From: the human T2T-CHM13v2.0 reference genome, Homo sapiens
Length of the DNA stretch: 64,000 nucleotides
Assembly (NCBI RefSeq): GCF_009914755.1
Contig: NC_060947.1
Reading direction: 5' to 3' (one strand)
A program made the translations under genes and the position numbers. Below are positions 1 through 12,359 of this stretch, in pieces (the stretch's first letter is position 1; each line of letters starts with the position of its first letter). The notes below the pieces were generated by a model. It did not search any database. It was not told where the DNA came from and saw only the letters and a program-made list of their open reading frames with translations.

Positions 1-1159
1 CAAGCCAGCCTTCACAGGCCAGATAGAGAGGTGGCTTGGTTCTCCATCTTCCTTCTTGGTTGTTGCATTTTCCCTATAAGAACCCCACAAATCCTTTGAC
101 TGTGAAGATGTTGTCTCCCTCACAGAGTGTGGTGCGGGCTAGGCAAATATTTGTCCGCTGATTGAGCAAATGAAGGAAAAACTGCCTCCCTCAAAGCCTC
201 TCTTATCACCACTAGGAGTCAAGTTTCTCATAAGCTCTGCTGCCTCAGGGGAGGGCCCCATGAAAGGCTTCCAGTCCCACAGAGGTTCTCACTGGAGGTG
301 TTATATGACATACATATGGCTTTGAAAATGGTGGGAAATCTTTCAAGTGGCCTTTCATTACTGACTGTTAGTATCCTCTCAAACCCTACAGACCAGCACC
401 AGGCCGTCCAGCCCAGCTAGGCCATTCCAAGGAGAACAGGCTCCCATTCATGGGCTCCCATGGCCGACTCGCCCACATTCTAAGGGCTCTCTGTTGAGCC
501 AAATATGCAAGTCCCAAACACAGAGACCCGTGTGGCTAGGAAATGCCGTCAAATTTCCTGGCTTCTCTTCCCCAATCAGTGTTGTGTTTTTATTTACTTA
601 TGTATAATTTATACTGGCTGTACTTCAGAAAAGAAAATACAAGTTGAAGGTATCTTTGAATTATCTCCCTTTTAAAAGGACATTGGGAATTTTAGAATCA
701 GTAACTAGAGAAGCTTCAGTAACTATAGTTTGTAGGGGGCATGGTCCTGGTACGTATGCCACCCTGTGTTCTTCTTGTCCTGTCCCCAGCCCCAGTCCTG
801 AGGCCGGCCTCAGGCCTGGCAACATTGCTCTAGGGCTGCTGAGAGAAGGTGAGAGGGTATATACGTGGGCCTTTAGAGGTCTCAAAGGATCCAGCCTCCT
901 TCTCTCTCCCCTCCCATCTGCCATAATCAGTAAGGGTAGGGAAGAAATGCTGGCTTTTTTTAAAAAAAAAAAGTGTAAATATCTATGTGAGATATAGTCA
1001 TGCTAGTTGTTTATGGCCCTTGTAAATACTGACAGTTTCCTGTCTTCTTTTCCCGTAAGGAAGAGGAATCTATCTGCACAAACATATATGGAGCTTCCAG
1101 CGAATACCAGACACCACACTAAAATTAGTGCATTTTACTTCAGTCCACGAAATCCACTG

Positions 1160-1385
1160 TGATTTATAAAGTTCAAAGACAGGCAAATCTAACCTATGGT
1201 GTCAGAAGACAGGATATGGTTACGTTTTGGGGGTGTTGTGACTGAGAGGGGTACGGTGTGCTTCTGGGGTGGTGATCAGGTTCTGTTACTCGAGCTGGGT
1301 GCTCATTACCCAGTTTATGAAAATTCCCCCAGCTGCACACTTCCATTTGTGCGTTTTTCTGCATGTTGGTTGTGCTTCACAAAAC
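1160..1385 (+). mobile_element. Old L1 (L1ME-like) 3' end fragment
   Basis: tttataaagttcaaagacaggcaaatctaacctatggtgtcagaag...gtgcttcacaaaa resembles the L1ME 3' UTR. Confidence 0.65.
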
Positions 1386-1399
1386 TATTTTGCAATGGA

Positions 1400-1800
1400 T
1401 ATTATTATCCTTATTTTACAGAGCAGGAAACTGCAGCCCAGAGAAGGTAAGTGCCTAGAGATGGGTCACACAGCCAGTGAGTGATAAAGATTGAAACCCA
1501 AGTCCATCGATCTCCAGAGCCAGTCTCTTGAATACCCCATTGTCTTGCCTTTGTACACTCTGACAATGCCCCAGCAAGAGGATTTAATACCTATAAGGAC
1601 TATCGCTAATAATGTGTATAATGGCTAACACTTTTTGAACACTTTCTGTGTGCCAGGCCCTTTGCTAGGGTCTGTCACGTGGATTATCTCACTGAATCTT
1701 CACACCAACTCTACTGGTTAACTCTATGTCCATTTTCCTGATGAGGAAACTGAGGCTCAGACAGTCAAGTGACTTGCCCAAGATCTCTCAGCTAATATGG
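1400..1800 (-). mobile_element. Two MIR fragments (~1400-1540 and ~1620-1800)
   Basis: MIR cores attttacagagcaggaaactgcagcccagaga and tgatgaggaaactgaggctcagacagtcaagtgacttgcccaag. Confidence 0.75.
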
Positions 1801-2246
1801 GGAGTCTATAGTATTTGCCGGCAGATGGAATTGATTTCGGATCTTAGCCACTCAGCATTTCGAATACTAGCTCATATTCTGTGTTTGATCTCTGTTTTCA
1901 GTTGGGAAAAGGAATCTGGATATTCATCCAAAGACTAGGTACCCCAGGGAGGCAGCTGTGAAAGAGGGGAAGGAACTGAGAGGCCCCCCTGGTGCCCTGG
2001 AACAGCACAATCTCCTCTAAGCTCTCCCTCCATCCCCAGTGATATTTTGACCTCAGCTAATGCAAACAATATGCTTTTTGTACTTGGGGGTGAATGGATG
2101 AAGTGCAAGTGCCACCAGCAAAGAGGGCAGAGAGGGAAAGTCAACGCGTGCAGATCATGCAGGCCAAGGTTGGACTTTCACAGTGCAAAGTGTGCATGTG
2201 TTCAGAGGGTTCTTGATTTCAACTTCATCATAAAATGAGATTTGTA

Positions 2247-2520
2247 GGCCAGGCATGGTGGCTCATTCCTGTAATCGCAGCACTTTGGGAGGGCCAGGCA
2301 TTCAAAACCAGACTGGGCAACATAGAGAGACCCTGTCTCTACAAAAATATTTAAAAATTGTCCAGGTGTGGTGGCTCACACCTGTATTTCCAGCTACTCA
2401 GGAGGCTGAGGCTGAGGCGGGAGGATTGCTTGAGCCTGGGGAAACTGAGGCTACAGTGAGCTATGATCTTGTCAGTACACTCCAGCCTGGGAGACAGTGA
2501 GACCCTGTCAAAAAAAAAAA
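2247..2520 (+). mobile_element. AluJ-type element with a deletion in the left arm
   Basis: ggccaggcatggtggctcattcctgtaat...gagaccctgtc plus A tail; J-type gaggattgcttgagcc. Confidence 0.92.
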
Positions 2521-2689
2521 ATCCCACAGAATTTGCATTAAAAGATGCAGAAAGAGGGAGAAGAGAAGGAAGGAAAGAAGAAAGGATAGATGGAAGGAAA
2601 TCAGGCAATCATGGATTAGTCGTTCACAGCTGTGACTCGTTTTTTGGGAGCTTCACGTGTCAAGTGGTTTCTTACGTTTTTGCTTAAAA

Positions 2690-3230
2690 CATAATTTTTA
2701 CTATTTACAAACATAAAATATACTCCTTTTTGGAAATTTAGAAAACACAGATAAGCATTCAGGAAACAAAAACCACATGTACATCCATGGACATGTACTA
2801 ATTTTTACAACGTGACATCATTTTGCACAGAATGGGTTGTAACCTGCTTTTTTAAAAAATTCATCAATGTCATATCCACTTCTCCATGCCATTAAATGTT
2901 CTACTACAACATCATTTTAATGGCTTAAGAGTATCATTTTATAGATGTACCAAATTTATTAAAATTTTTGGATATTTAGGTTGTTGCTAATCTTTCGCTA
3001 TATTATACAAATCACTTTGAACATCCTTGTGGGTACATTTTTACATGCATCATTGACTATATCCTTAAAATAAATTGCTACAAGTGGAATGCTTGGGTCA
3101 AAGAGTACACACAAATTTTAGGGTTTTGATATTTACCGACAAATTTCTTCCTAGAAATGTTATGCCAATCTGCCAGCCCTCCAACCCAAGGAGCATGTAA
3201 AAGTGCCCACCTCACTGCATTCTTTGCAAT
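2690..3230 (-). mobile_element. L1ME-like fragment
   Basis: ggatatttaggttgttgc...gaacatccttgtgggtac...aagtggaatgcttgggtcaaagag, typical of an antisense old L1 3' region. Confidence 0.65.
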
Positions 3231-3237
3231 ATTGGGG

Positions 3238-3432
3238 AGGCATAGTTGGTAAGAGCATAAGGTTTGGAATCAGACACCTCTACCACTTGCTAGCCGTGTG
3301 TCCTTAGACAAGTCACTTTAACCATTCTGGGTCTCGATTTTCTCATCTGGGTTGCTGTGAGGATCACATGAGATCATGTATGCAGAGTGCTAAGTAAAGT
3401 GCCTGGCCCATAGTGAGTACTCAATAAACAAA
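3238..3432 (+). mobile_element. MIR
   Basis: ccttagacaagtcactttaacc...gtgcctggcccatagtgagtactcaataaa. Confidence 0.8.
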
Positions 3433-3774
3433 AACTACTATATATTTACAAATTGTTCCTGCCCACCTCTGATGTGTTATTCCCTGGGAATGGCCACAGA
3501 CTGAGCAAAGACTTCTGAAATCCCTCTTTTATAACCAGTATCTACTCCAGCCTCCAAACCAGCCCTGAAGTGCTGCTGCTGCCTCTGCTGCTGTTATGGG
3601 CCCCTTGGCTCAGTCCTTTCTGCCCCTCCCTTCTCCAGCACTAGGTGACTGTTGGCAGGGAGGGTTCTTAGGCCTCATGCATTAATGACCATCTTGCTTT
3701 TTCTCACGTTGATTGTGCTGAGTGTTGCAAACCAGTAAAGAAACCCAGAGTGGCTTTTTAAACTGAAATGATGA

Positions 3775-3985
3775 ATAATAACAACAGCAACAGCTACCAC
3801 TTATTGAGTGCCAATTGTGTACCAGGCACTGTGCTAAACCTTTTACATGGATGGTCTCATTCAATCTCATAACAGTCTCAGAGGTGGGAGGGGACTTGCT
3901 CAGTGTCACATAGCTAGGAAGTGGCAGATCTGGGATTGGATTCCAAGCCTCTCTGACTTCAAAGTCTGTGCTTTTAACCACTTTC
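3775..3985 (-). mobile_element. MIR
   Basis: cttattgagtgccaattgtgtaccaggcactgtgctaa...gtcacatagctaggaagtggcag. Confidence 0.8.
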
Positions 3986-4024
3986 ATCCTGCTCTCTTCG
4001 ATTTAGAAAGGTTCAGTGGGGAAG

Positions 4025-4125
4025 GGTGTGTATGTGTGTGTGTGTGCATGTTTGTGTTAGTGAGTGTGTACATGTTTGCAACGGTGCATATGTATGTGTG
4101 TTTGTGTGTAAATAAGTGTGTGCAC
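4025..4125. repeat. Degenerate (TG)n
   Basis: Direct inspection. Confidence 0.85.
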
Positions 4126-4139
4126 TCATTAGAATAATA

Positions 4140-4630
4140 CTTTTTCAGGGCCACTATGTGCTAGGCACTGTGCAAGTTCTTGGGGATATAATGGTGAACA
4201 AAAGAGAAATGATCTCAGCTCTCGCCAAGCTTACTGAACGATAAAGAAGACCAATAGTGAATGAATGAATGTAAGAATTAAGAAATAAATAAATTACAGT
4301 ATTACTGCCATGAAGGAAATAAACAGGGTGCAGTCACAGAAAGTAACAGGGTCACAAACTTTAGATTGGAAGTTGAGGGAAGGCCTTTCTGAAAGGGTGA
4401 CATTTAAGTTTGTATGTTGAAAAACTAATCTGGAATAGGAAGTCAGGGCCTCCATGCAAGGATAAAGTGGAGGGAAGGTACTCTGGAATGGCGGCAAACT
4501 CATAAGTGCCTGAAGATGTTTTCTAGAGTGTTCTGGGGCTCCCAAAAGTGTATATGGGTGGAAATGTGTGGCGCCTCTGGGTATGCATGGAAAGCAGGGG
4601 GAATGGCCTGCCAGTTTCACCGAAAAAGGG
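4140..4630 (-). mobile_element. L2 fragment
   Basis: ctatgtgctaggcactgtgc...gatataatggtgaacaaaag...gggaaggcctttctgaaagggtgacatttaag. Confidence 0.7.
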
Positions 4631-6744
4631 CAGTGCGGGAAATGGAGACCAGCTCTCTCTGGACAGGTTTTGTCTCAGGACCAACAGCATCAGGAATTCT
4701 AGAGGGATGAATGGGACTAAGAGGTAGGGTCTAGATGCCCAGGGTTGAAGTTAGTGGAGTGGAAGCCATTTGTACTCCTGCTGAAAGAAAAATCCTAGCC
4801 TGCCCCATGTATGCCTGCATCAGGGTGTTTCTTACCTGCTCTCCACTCATTCATGTGGTCAGGGGCTTGAGAAGGCAGCAAATTCTGCCCTGGGGCTCCC
4901 TCTCTCACTTCTAGAGGTAACTAATAGGGGGCACTTGGATGAAAAAAATGTCACCAGGATCACTTTTAGTAGCAGCAGCAGCCTTGAGCCAGTGCAGGTT
5001 TGTAGTTTAAGAGGTCTTTACCCATCCACAGGGTAGGTGGGAGTGGCTGCTGGAGCAGTTGGCCCAAGAGGCCTGAAAAAGAGAGGCCCACTCAAATCCA
5101 GGGTCTCCACTCCATGGGCCACTGACTTCCAAGCCTAATCTGGAATGATGTGTTTCCCCAGGCCACCCAAGGCCCGCTGTTGGATCACTGTGAATTTGGG
5201 GTTAGGACACCCTGTGCGTGCCCATAAGCTCCCATCCAAACTGTGCTCTGGGGCACCTGGTGACCATATAGGACTTTGGGCTGTGGCACACCAAACCACT
5301 TCCCTTAACATTTCAGAGAATTCTAGAAAGGAAGCAGTTAAGAGAAATATTCAAAACATTCTGGGGCTCTGCTTTCCACATTTCAAGCATTCAGCCCCTA
5401 AGTCATATGTATGAGATCTGTAAGGCCTGTTCACATGGAAACTGCCTAGTTGTCAGGGGCTACGCTTTGTTTCTAATTTGTGCTTAGGACATGCAGTACC
5501 CTCATTCAATATGAAACACAGACTGTGATTACACCAAATTAGCTTAATCACTCTCTTTGTGCACTGAATTGCTTCTGGCCTGGAGATATCAATTTTCAGA
5601 AGTAGCATTCACCCTCACCAAAACAAATCTTAATATATTGTCTTGCCTTTGGTTTCATAAGAAGGGCCAACCATCCCCCATCACTCACTGTGAATGGTGT
5701 GAGATGTTGGGGAGAATGTCTTTGCCTTGAGGGCTTGGACTTCTCTTCCTATCCTTTGTGTCACACTGAGTGACGGCACTCCAGTAACACTGGGCAGGCC
5801 TTTCAGAATTTTTTATCTTGTACACAATCCAGTCAAACCAAACATTCAAGAGCGCTAGGAGAGGTTTGTATGGGAAAGAGGACCAGTGTCCCAGACATCC
5901 TCTCCAGCCGGCTAATCTTCCTTTGTCTCCACACCCACCCTCTCTCCATTATCTTGGATAGATGATAGGCTCCAGGCTTTAAGAACTGTGTGGAAGAACT
6001 CTTTCCCTCCTCCCTTCTTGCCTGAGTGGGTGTTGAGAATGGGGAAAACATTCATCCTTGTCCTAAGCTATCCTGGACATTTGAGATCTCAGATTCAGCG
6101 GCTATCATAGGCACAATAAGAATAGTGTCTATGGGACCAAAGGACACTCCATCCCTCTTAACCAATCCACATGAACTTCACAAGAAGAAACTAAGTCACC
6201 TCTTGACCCTCAGAATTCTGCTTTTGCAAAATGGGGTCCAAGCAACTACTTCCCTCCCCATTACTTATCGTTCCAGCTCACTTCCCTTCTTGGCTAATCT
6301 GTTTTTGCTACCTTGGTTCAGTCTCTTAACATCCCTGTGCCTCATATTACTCTGGAAAATGTGGTTTTAGCTCCTAGAGTTGTGTGAGTGACCAGCACAG
6401 GTAAGTGTTAAGCCCTTTTTAAAGTTCTGTCGAGTCCCCCTATTTGGTGTATTTAAAACACCAGCTGTAAAATAAAGCTAGATGATAGCAGCAACCAAAC
6501 ACAAATCAAGCACATTTACTTCCAGAAAAGCATCCTTAAGGAGCTGGTTGGATCCGGGAGCAAAGGTATCTATACAGAGATGCTCATTGTAATGCTGTTA
6601 GCATAATAGAAAAAAATGGAAATAACCAAGCAGTGCACAAATATGACATTTGTTAATTACTGCCTTACCATGGACTACTTACTGTACAGCACTTTAAAAA
6701 GCTGGTGTTTGGCTCTCCCCCTTCCCTTCCTTTCCCTTCCCTTC

Positions 6745-7048
6745 CTTTCTTTTTCTTTTTTTCTTTCTTACCGAGTCTCACTCTGTTGCCCAGGCTGGAG
6801 TGAAGTGGAGCAATCTCGGCCTACTGCAACATCCGCCTCCTGGGCACAAGCAACTCTCCTGCCTTAGCATCCCGAGTAGCTGGGACTACAGGTGTGCACC
6901 AACACACCCAGCTAATTTTTGTATTTTTAGTAGAGATGTGGTTTCACAATATTGGCCAGGCTGGTCTCGAACTCCTGGCTTCAAGTGATCTGCCCAACTC
7001 GGCCTCCCAAGAAGCTGGGATTACAGGCATGAGCCACTGTGCCTGGCC
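6745..7048 (-). mobile_element. Alu (J/S type) inserted in an old L1ME fragment (~6540-7260)
   Basis: gagtctcactctgttgcccaggctggag...gagccactgtgcctggcc with a pyrimidine tail. Confidence 0.92.
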
Positions 7049-7336
7049 TATTCATTTCTATAGGAGGCTTTTCATGATATTTTAATGAAGCAAAAATGGC
7101 TTGAATAACAATATATGTTGTGAAAACAATGCATACATGAATAGAAACCAATCCTAGAAACAGTACACCTACGGAGGACAATGGCTGTTTCTGGATATTA
7201 TCATTAGGATGATTTTATTTTAGCTTTTCTGTATTTCCTTCAAGTTAAAAAAAATAGAGTATGTATTAAAAAAAAAACTACATCCATTTTGAAAACAATA
7301 AACACCTAACATGTCTTCTAAATCTTTCCTTCTCAG

Positions 7337-7756
7337 ATGATAGCATGTCTCCAAATCAGTGGCGTTACTCGTCTCCATGGACAAAGCCACAACCAGAAGT
7401 ACCTGTCACAAACCGTGCCGCCAACTGCAACTTGCATGTGCCTGGTCCCATGGCTGTGAATCAGTTCTCACCGTCCCTGGCTAGGAGGGCCTCTGTTCGG
7501 CCTGGGGAGCTGTGGCATTTCTCCTCCCTGGCGGGCACCAGCTCCTTAGAGCCTGGCTACTCTCATCCCTTCCCCGCTCGGCACCTGGTTCCAGAGCCCC
7601 AGCCTGATGGGAAACGTGAGCCTCTCCTAAGTCTCCTCCAGCAAGACAGATGCCTAGCCCGTCCTCAGGAATCTGCCGCCAGGGAGAATGGCAACCCTGG
7701 CCAGATAGCTGGAAGCACAGGGTTGCTCTTCAACCTGCCTCCCGGCTCAGTTCACT
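7337..7756 (+). CDS. VGLL1: Vestigial-like family member 1 (TONDU), internal coding exon, 420 bp, phase 1-1
   Basis: Acceptor ctttccttctcag at 7324-7336 and donor gtaagg at 7757. Translates (D)DSMSPNQWRYSSPWTKPQPEV...GLLFNLPPGSVH, recognised as human VGLL1. The upstream exon encoding the TEAD-binding Vg/TDU domain lies outside the window. Confidence 0.97.
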
Positions 7757-9515
7757 GTAAGGAAATGCCTACAGATACTTGGAGGGGTGCCTCTGATTGG
7801 TTGTGGTTGAGAGTGAGTTGGCATGAGATGAGGTGCCAAGACTAATTGCTGCCACTCTGGACATAGGGCTGCTGAGGGAAGGGATGTTCTGCTTAAATGT
7901 TCCATACATCTTCACTAGGCTTCATTGACATTCACAGTTTAATAGCTAAAGGGTTACATAGATAGCCAGCCAGATGGACTTGGCCCGAAGTACTCACCCT
8001 AGCCTGTCAACTTGGCCTTACCTTAGAAAAATGATGGGCTGCTGCGTAATATCGCAGGGTCCTGTGTTTACCTCATTGGGAGCAATTAAATAAGCCATTT
8101 GCAGAACAGAGCTCTGTGACGTACCTACAGGCTCAAACTGTAGCCTCTAAACAGGTTGGCAACTTGCAGTGATGTCAGGCTCCAGGCAAACAACAAGGGC
8201 AATCTATACCAACCATCTGCTCCACACATTAAAATTCAAAGCGACTGTAGGAGGCAGCCCCATTGCTGCTTGGAGACCTAACAGTGCCTGACTGTCCTTG
8301 GCTTGCTCCTGCACTCTGGGATCCTCCTGCTTGGTTTCCCTTGGGTTCCTGCTCCCTGACCACCACCCCTCCCCTGAACTAAAAACACCCTTAAGGCTTA
8401 CTCACCTCTTCATTCACTCATTCACCCAGCAAATATTTAATTTGCGCCTACCAGATGCAAAATATCCATCAGAAAACAAGGCTCCCTTCTTTGTAAAAGG
8501 ACGGGGAAGAATTGGCATTAATTATACTTCCACCAAAAAATCAACCTACTCTGTTGCAAGATTTGCCTTTAATATGAAACACTTATAAATATATATTTTA
8601 TAGTTTCATGGAACCAAGTCTGCATCCTCTGCCATTCTGTACTCTGGACGAATTTTCTTTTGCAGCTTCCTTGTCCATACATAGTGTGGTTCTAGTGTTC
8701 CATGCCTGAAAGAAATTACTAGAAGCCATCTTTACACTGAACTAAGCATATAGTAAACAAAAGGCCTGTTCAGCATAGCCTACCTAAGTCAGGCACTGTG
8801 TTCTATTCTAATGTGGAAAACAAATTTCCCATTAAAATACCACTCTGTCATTTCCAGAATTTGATTAGGAATGTACTTAAGGAGTAAATCATAGAAGTGT
8901 CATGTTTGGGAAACCTGTGAAATTTCCTACCCCTCTACTCTTTTTCAAAAGTCCTTTCCTACTGGATTCACAGGGAAAATTAGGCCAACTGTGCTTGTAT
9001 ATATGCCTGTGCATACACACAGCAAAGCCCTGTTTCGACAGTAGGTTAGAACACAGATGGCTGAAATCATCACCTTCCAAACTTAGCAACTCTTTACAGT
9101 TCAAGTCCAATTCAGCAAATATTTAGTGAGCATCTACTGTAAGCAAGGCACATCATGGTGAAACTAATGCAGGCATTGTCCTATTCCTGAAATCTCAAGA
9201 CACATTCACAAACAAATGGTTATCACCAAGGTCTTCATGCTCTACTCATGTTGACATGAGTTGTATTAATTGGTGACTGGAAGTCCAGGATCTGTTGAGG
9301 AAGTCAGTGACCCTTAATCAGGAACACTGCCTTGGAAGGTGGTGGACCTTTAAAACAGAAGCTTCTCAGTTTTTGTAGCATCTGATATGAGAGAATATGC
9401 TAGATATTCATAAACTTAGGGCCAGGCAATGTGGGGCCCCTGGAATGCTACTGGGCACTCTCTAACCTAGTCCTAGAAATTTCAGTTCCAATAATGTTTT
9501 CTTCTTCTTTTCTAG

Positions 9516-9569
9516 ATAAGAAACTATATGTATCTCGTGGATCTGCCAGTACCAGCCTTCCAAATGAAA
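9516..9569 (+). CDS. VGLL1: VGLL1 penultimate coding exon, 54 bp, phase 1-1
   Basis: Strong polypyrimidine tract ttttcttcttcttttctag, donor gtaggt at 9570. Encodes (Y)KKLYVSRGSASTSLPNE, in frame with both neighbouring exons. Confidence 0.96.
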
Positions 9570-9625
9570 GTAGGTATCTGGGCCAGCCTTTGATGGTGTG
9601 TGTCTGTATCCTGAGAACGAACTTG

Positions 9626-9708
9626 AGAAATAAGGCTTCTGTCTACTACTGGAGACACTGGTAGTATAAAACCCAGAGTCTCCAGTAATGGACGGGAGCC
9701 TTATTTCT
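9626..9708 (+). ncRNA. MIR934: microRNA 934 precursor hairpin; mature 5p at 9640-9661 (UGUCUACUACUGGAGACACUGG)
   Basis: 83-nt near-perfect hairpin agaaataaggcttctgtctactactggagacactgg...ccagagtctccagtaatggacgggagccttatttct. Recognised as hsa-mir-934, known to be intronic in VGLL1. Confidence 0.95.
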
Positions 9709-9819
9709 ATCACTCAGTGTTTTCATAGATAGAATTTGTTTCATTTTAGCCTCAAAAAAGAGTATATGCACTTCCTATCTTGTAAAATTTTATTTTGCTA
9801 TAGAAGAAACTCTCCTTAG

Positions 9820-10100
9820 TTTCTTTTTTCTTTTCTTTCTTTCTTTTTTTTTTAACCTGAGTTTGACTTAACTGAAGTAGCCAAGGTGACTCAGAAAAAT
9901 TAAGAAATTCATGAGGATGAGGATTAGCTTGCTATGTCCCAGATGTTCAGTTTTCAGCCTAGTATTCTTTTATTTATTTCTTTTTTTTTAACCTGAGCTG
10001 GACTTAACTGAAATAGCCAAGGTGACCCAGAAAAATTAAGAAATTCATGAGGATGAGGATTAGCTTGCTGTGTCCCAGATGTTCAGTTTTCAGCCTAGTA
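9820..10100. repeat. Two-copy tandem duplication, period 136 bp
   Basis: Cores 9854-9964 and 9990-10100 differ at 5 of 111 positions; each is preceded by a T-rich tract. Confidence 0.95.
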
Positions 10101-10546
10101 CATAGGGCCACCCCAGGACTCTGCAGTCAGTGAAAATGTCAACTGAGGCATGAGGCCAGGACTCTGAGCTCCACACTCAATTTGAAAGTGGTGTCAGTGG
10201 GAACTTACAAAAGAGGACAATCTGGGTGGAATGACAGGAGGATCTTCATGACCTGGGTTCAGGGTCAATTGCCAGCTTTATTATTTACTTGCTTCAGGAA
10301 CCTGGTCACATTTCTTAACCACTTCATGCCCCAGTTGCTTCATTTTTGTCAAATAAGCATAAAATAGTGCCCACCTCATTGGGTGAGGTGTGAGGAGTAA
10401 ATGAAATAATGTATACCAATGCTTAGAATAATGGCTGGCACATTACTCTAAGCGTTGGCATACATTAAACCATCAAGAATTCTTTTTGGAGGGCATCCTG
10501 TGTTCCCCAAGCTGTGCTCTGTGTGCTGTGTTTAAGAGAGGACTCA

Positions 10547-10680
10547 AGCTGGGTGTGGTGCCTCACACATGTAATCCCAGCACTTTGTGAGGCCAAGGCG
10601 GGAGGAACACTTGAGCCCAGGAGTTAGAGACTAGCCTGGGCAACATAGCAAGACCCTCATCTCCATAAAAAATAAAAATA
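10547..10680 (+). mobile_element. Free left Alu monomer (FLAM-like)
   Basis: Single monomer plus A tail, with degenerate TSD agagaggactcaa / agagaggatccaa. Confidence 0.85.
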
Positions 10681-12015
10681 GAGAGGATCCAAAGGAAGAG
10701 CCACTACCACAGCCCCTGATCTCAGGCATTTGACAGTCTGGTGTGAAGTAGGGGTGAGGGCAATCTATAGACCCCACTAGAATGTCAACCCCATGAGGAC
10801 TGAGACTTTGAGAGGTATACCACTGTATCCCTAGCACCTTGCACAGTGGTATACAAATTTGTTGAATAAATGAATGAGTGAATGCTGGAAACAATAAAAG
10901 AGCATTTAACAAGGAAACAGTAAGAAAATGTAGTAATGTAGTAAAAATTATTCCAATGTAGTAAAAATTATTCTGTTTGATGCCTTCGTGTGAGAGACAA
11001 ACAAAACAAAAACCAACCCTGGTGATTAATTGGCCATGCCTCCATGAGGAGATTCATTTAGAGCTGGTTCAAAAGCCTTAGCATAGCCAAGGCAGGCATC
11101 ACATAAGTCCCTGCCCAAGGAAATGAGTTCTGCTGGCCTTCTAACTTATGAAAGGCAAGGATTGTGGTGTTTCCTGAGTACTTGTTAATAGTTTCTACAT
11201 TTGTTTATTGTGAGTCTCAGAATTACTGATAACTTGATGCTTAAAATTGTTCATAGACTAAAACTAACAGCAACAACAACATGTATTGGGTGTTGACTAT
11301 GAGCCACATACCACATACTCCATCTTGCTTAGTCCCCACCATGACCTTGTGAGGTGTATGTGAATATGTCCTAGGTGCTTTACTCAACCGATATTCAGTA
11401 AATAGTGATTGAATGAATGAATATCCCCATTTTATAGATGAAGAAACTGGATCTCAAAAAGGTGAAAGGACTTGCCTTAAATCACACAGCAGCAAGTGGC
11501 AGATGCAGTATTATCTCCTTGCTCTCACAGTGTCATAAAATTATCAGAAACAATTCCAAGTTAAATCAAGTATACAACAGTGAAAATTAGTCACTGGTGA
11601 GATTATTTTACCACACATGAGTTCACTGTCTATCTGGGACCAGGGCACTATCCTAAAATAAAGGAAGGGGGATGCAGAAGGCTCAGAAAGCAAGCAAAAG
11701 AGCAAAGAAAAATATACCTTTGGGAAAGAAGGTGGGGGATGTTCTTTCCTTGCAGAGAGTAGTTGAGGAAAGGTGGCTATGCCAACAGGCCCAAGTCTGC
11801 CTTTCTAACACTGTGGCCCTGGGCAGAGGGAGGTAACATGGAGCTGAGAGGAAGAGAAGGGACTTCCTAGGGCTCCAAGTAAAAGGACAATGGAACCCAG
11901 CAAAGCCCATGCTCTTAAGCATGACACCAGTCTCCCAATCTTGCCTGATGGTACGAACCACCTGGGGAGCTTGTTCACTGCCCAGATCCTGCTCCCCCAC
12001 TTCCTGGGGGAGTAG

Positions 12016-12359
<344 letters not shown>

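Noticed and set aside
7757-7845. C-terminal extension of the 166-aa ORF (CKEMPTDTW...)
   Set aside because: Read-through past the gtaagg donor into the intron; the known VGLL1 protein continues in the next exon.
9431-9664. 77-aa ORF as an independent gene
   Set aside because: It is the 54-bp VGLL1 exon plus flanking intron in the same frame.
9820-10100. Direct repeats as a CRISPR-like array
   Set aside because: Only two long copies with no unique spacers, in eukaryotic context with no cas genes.
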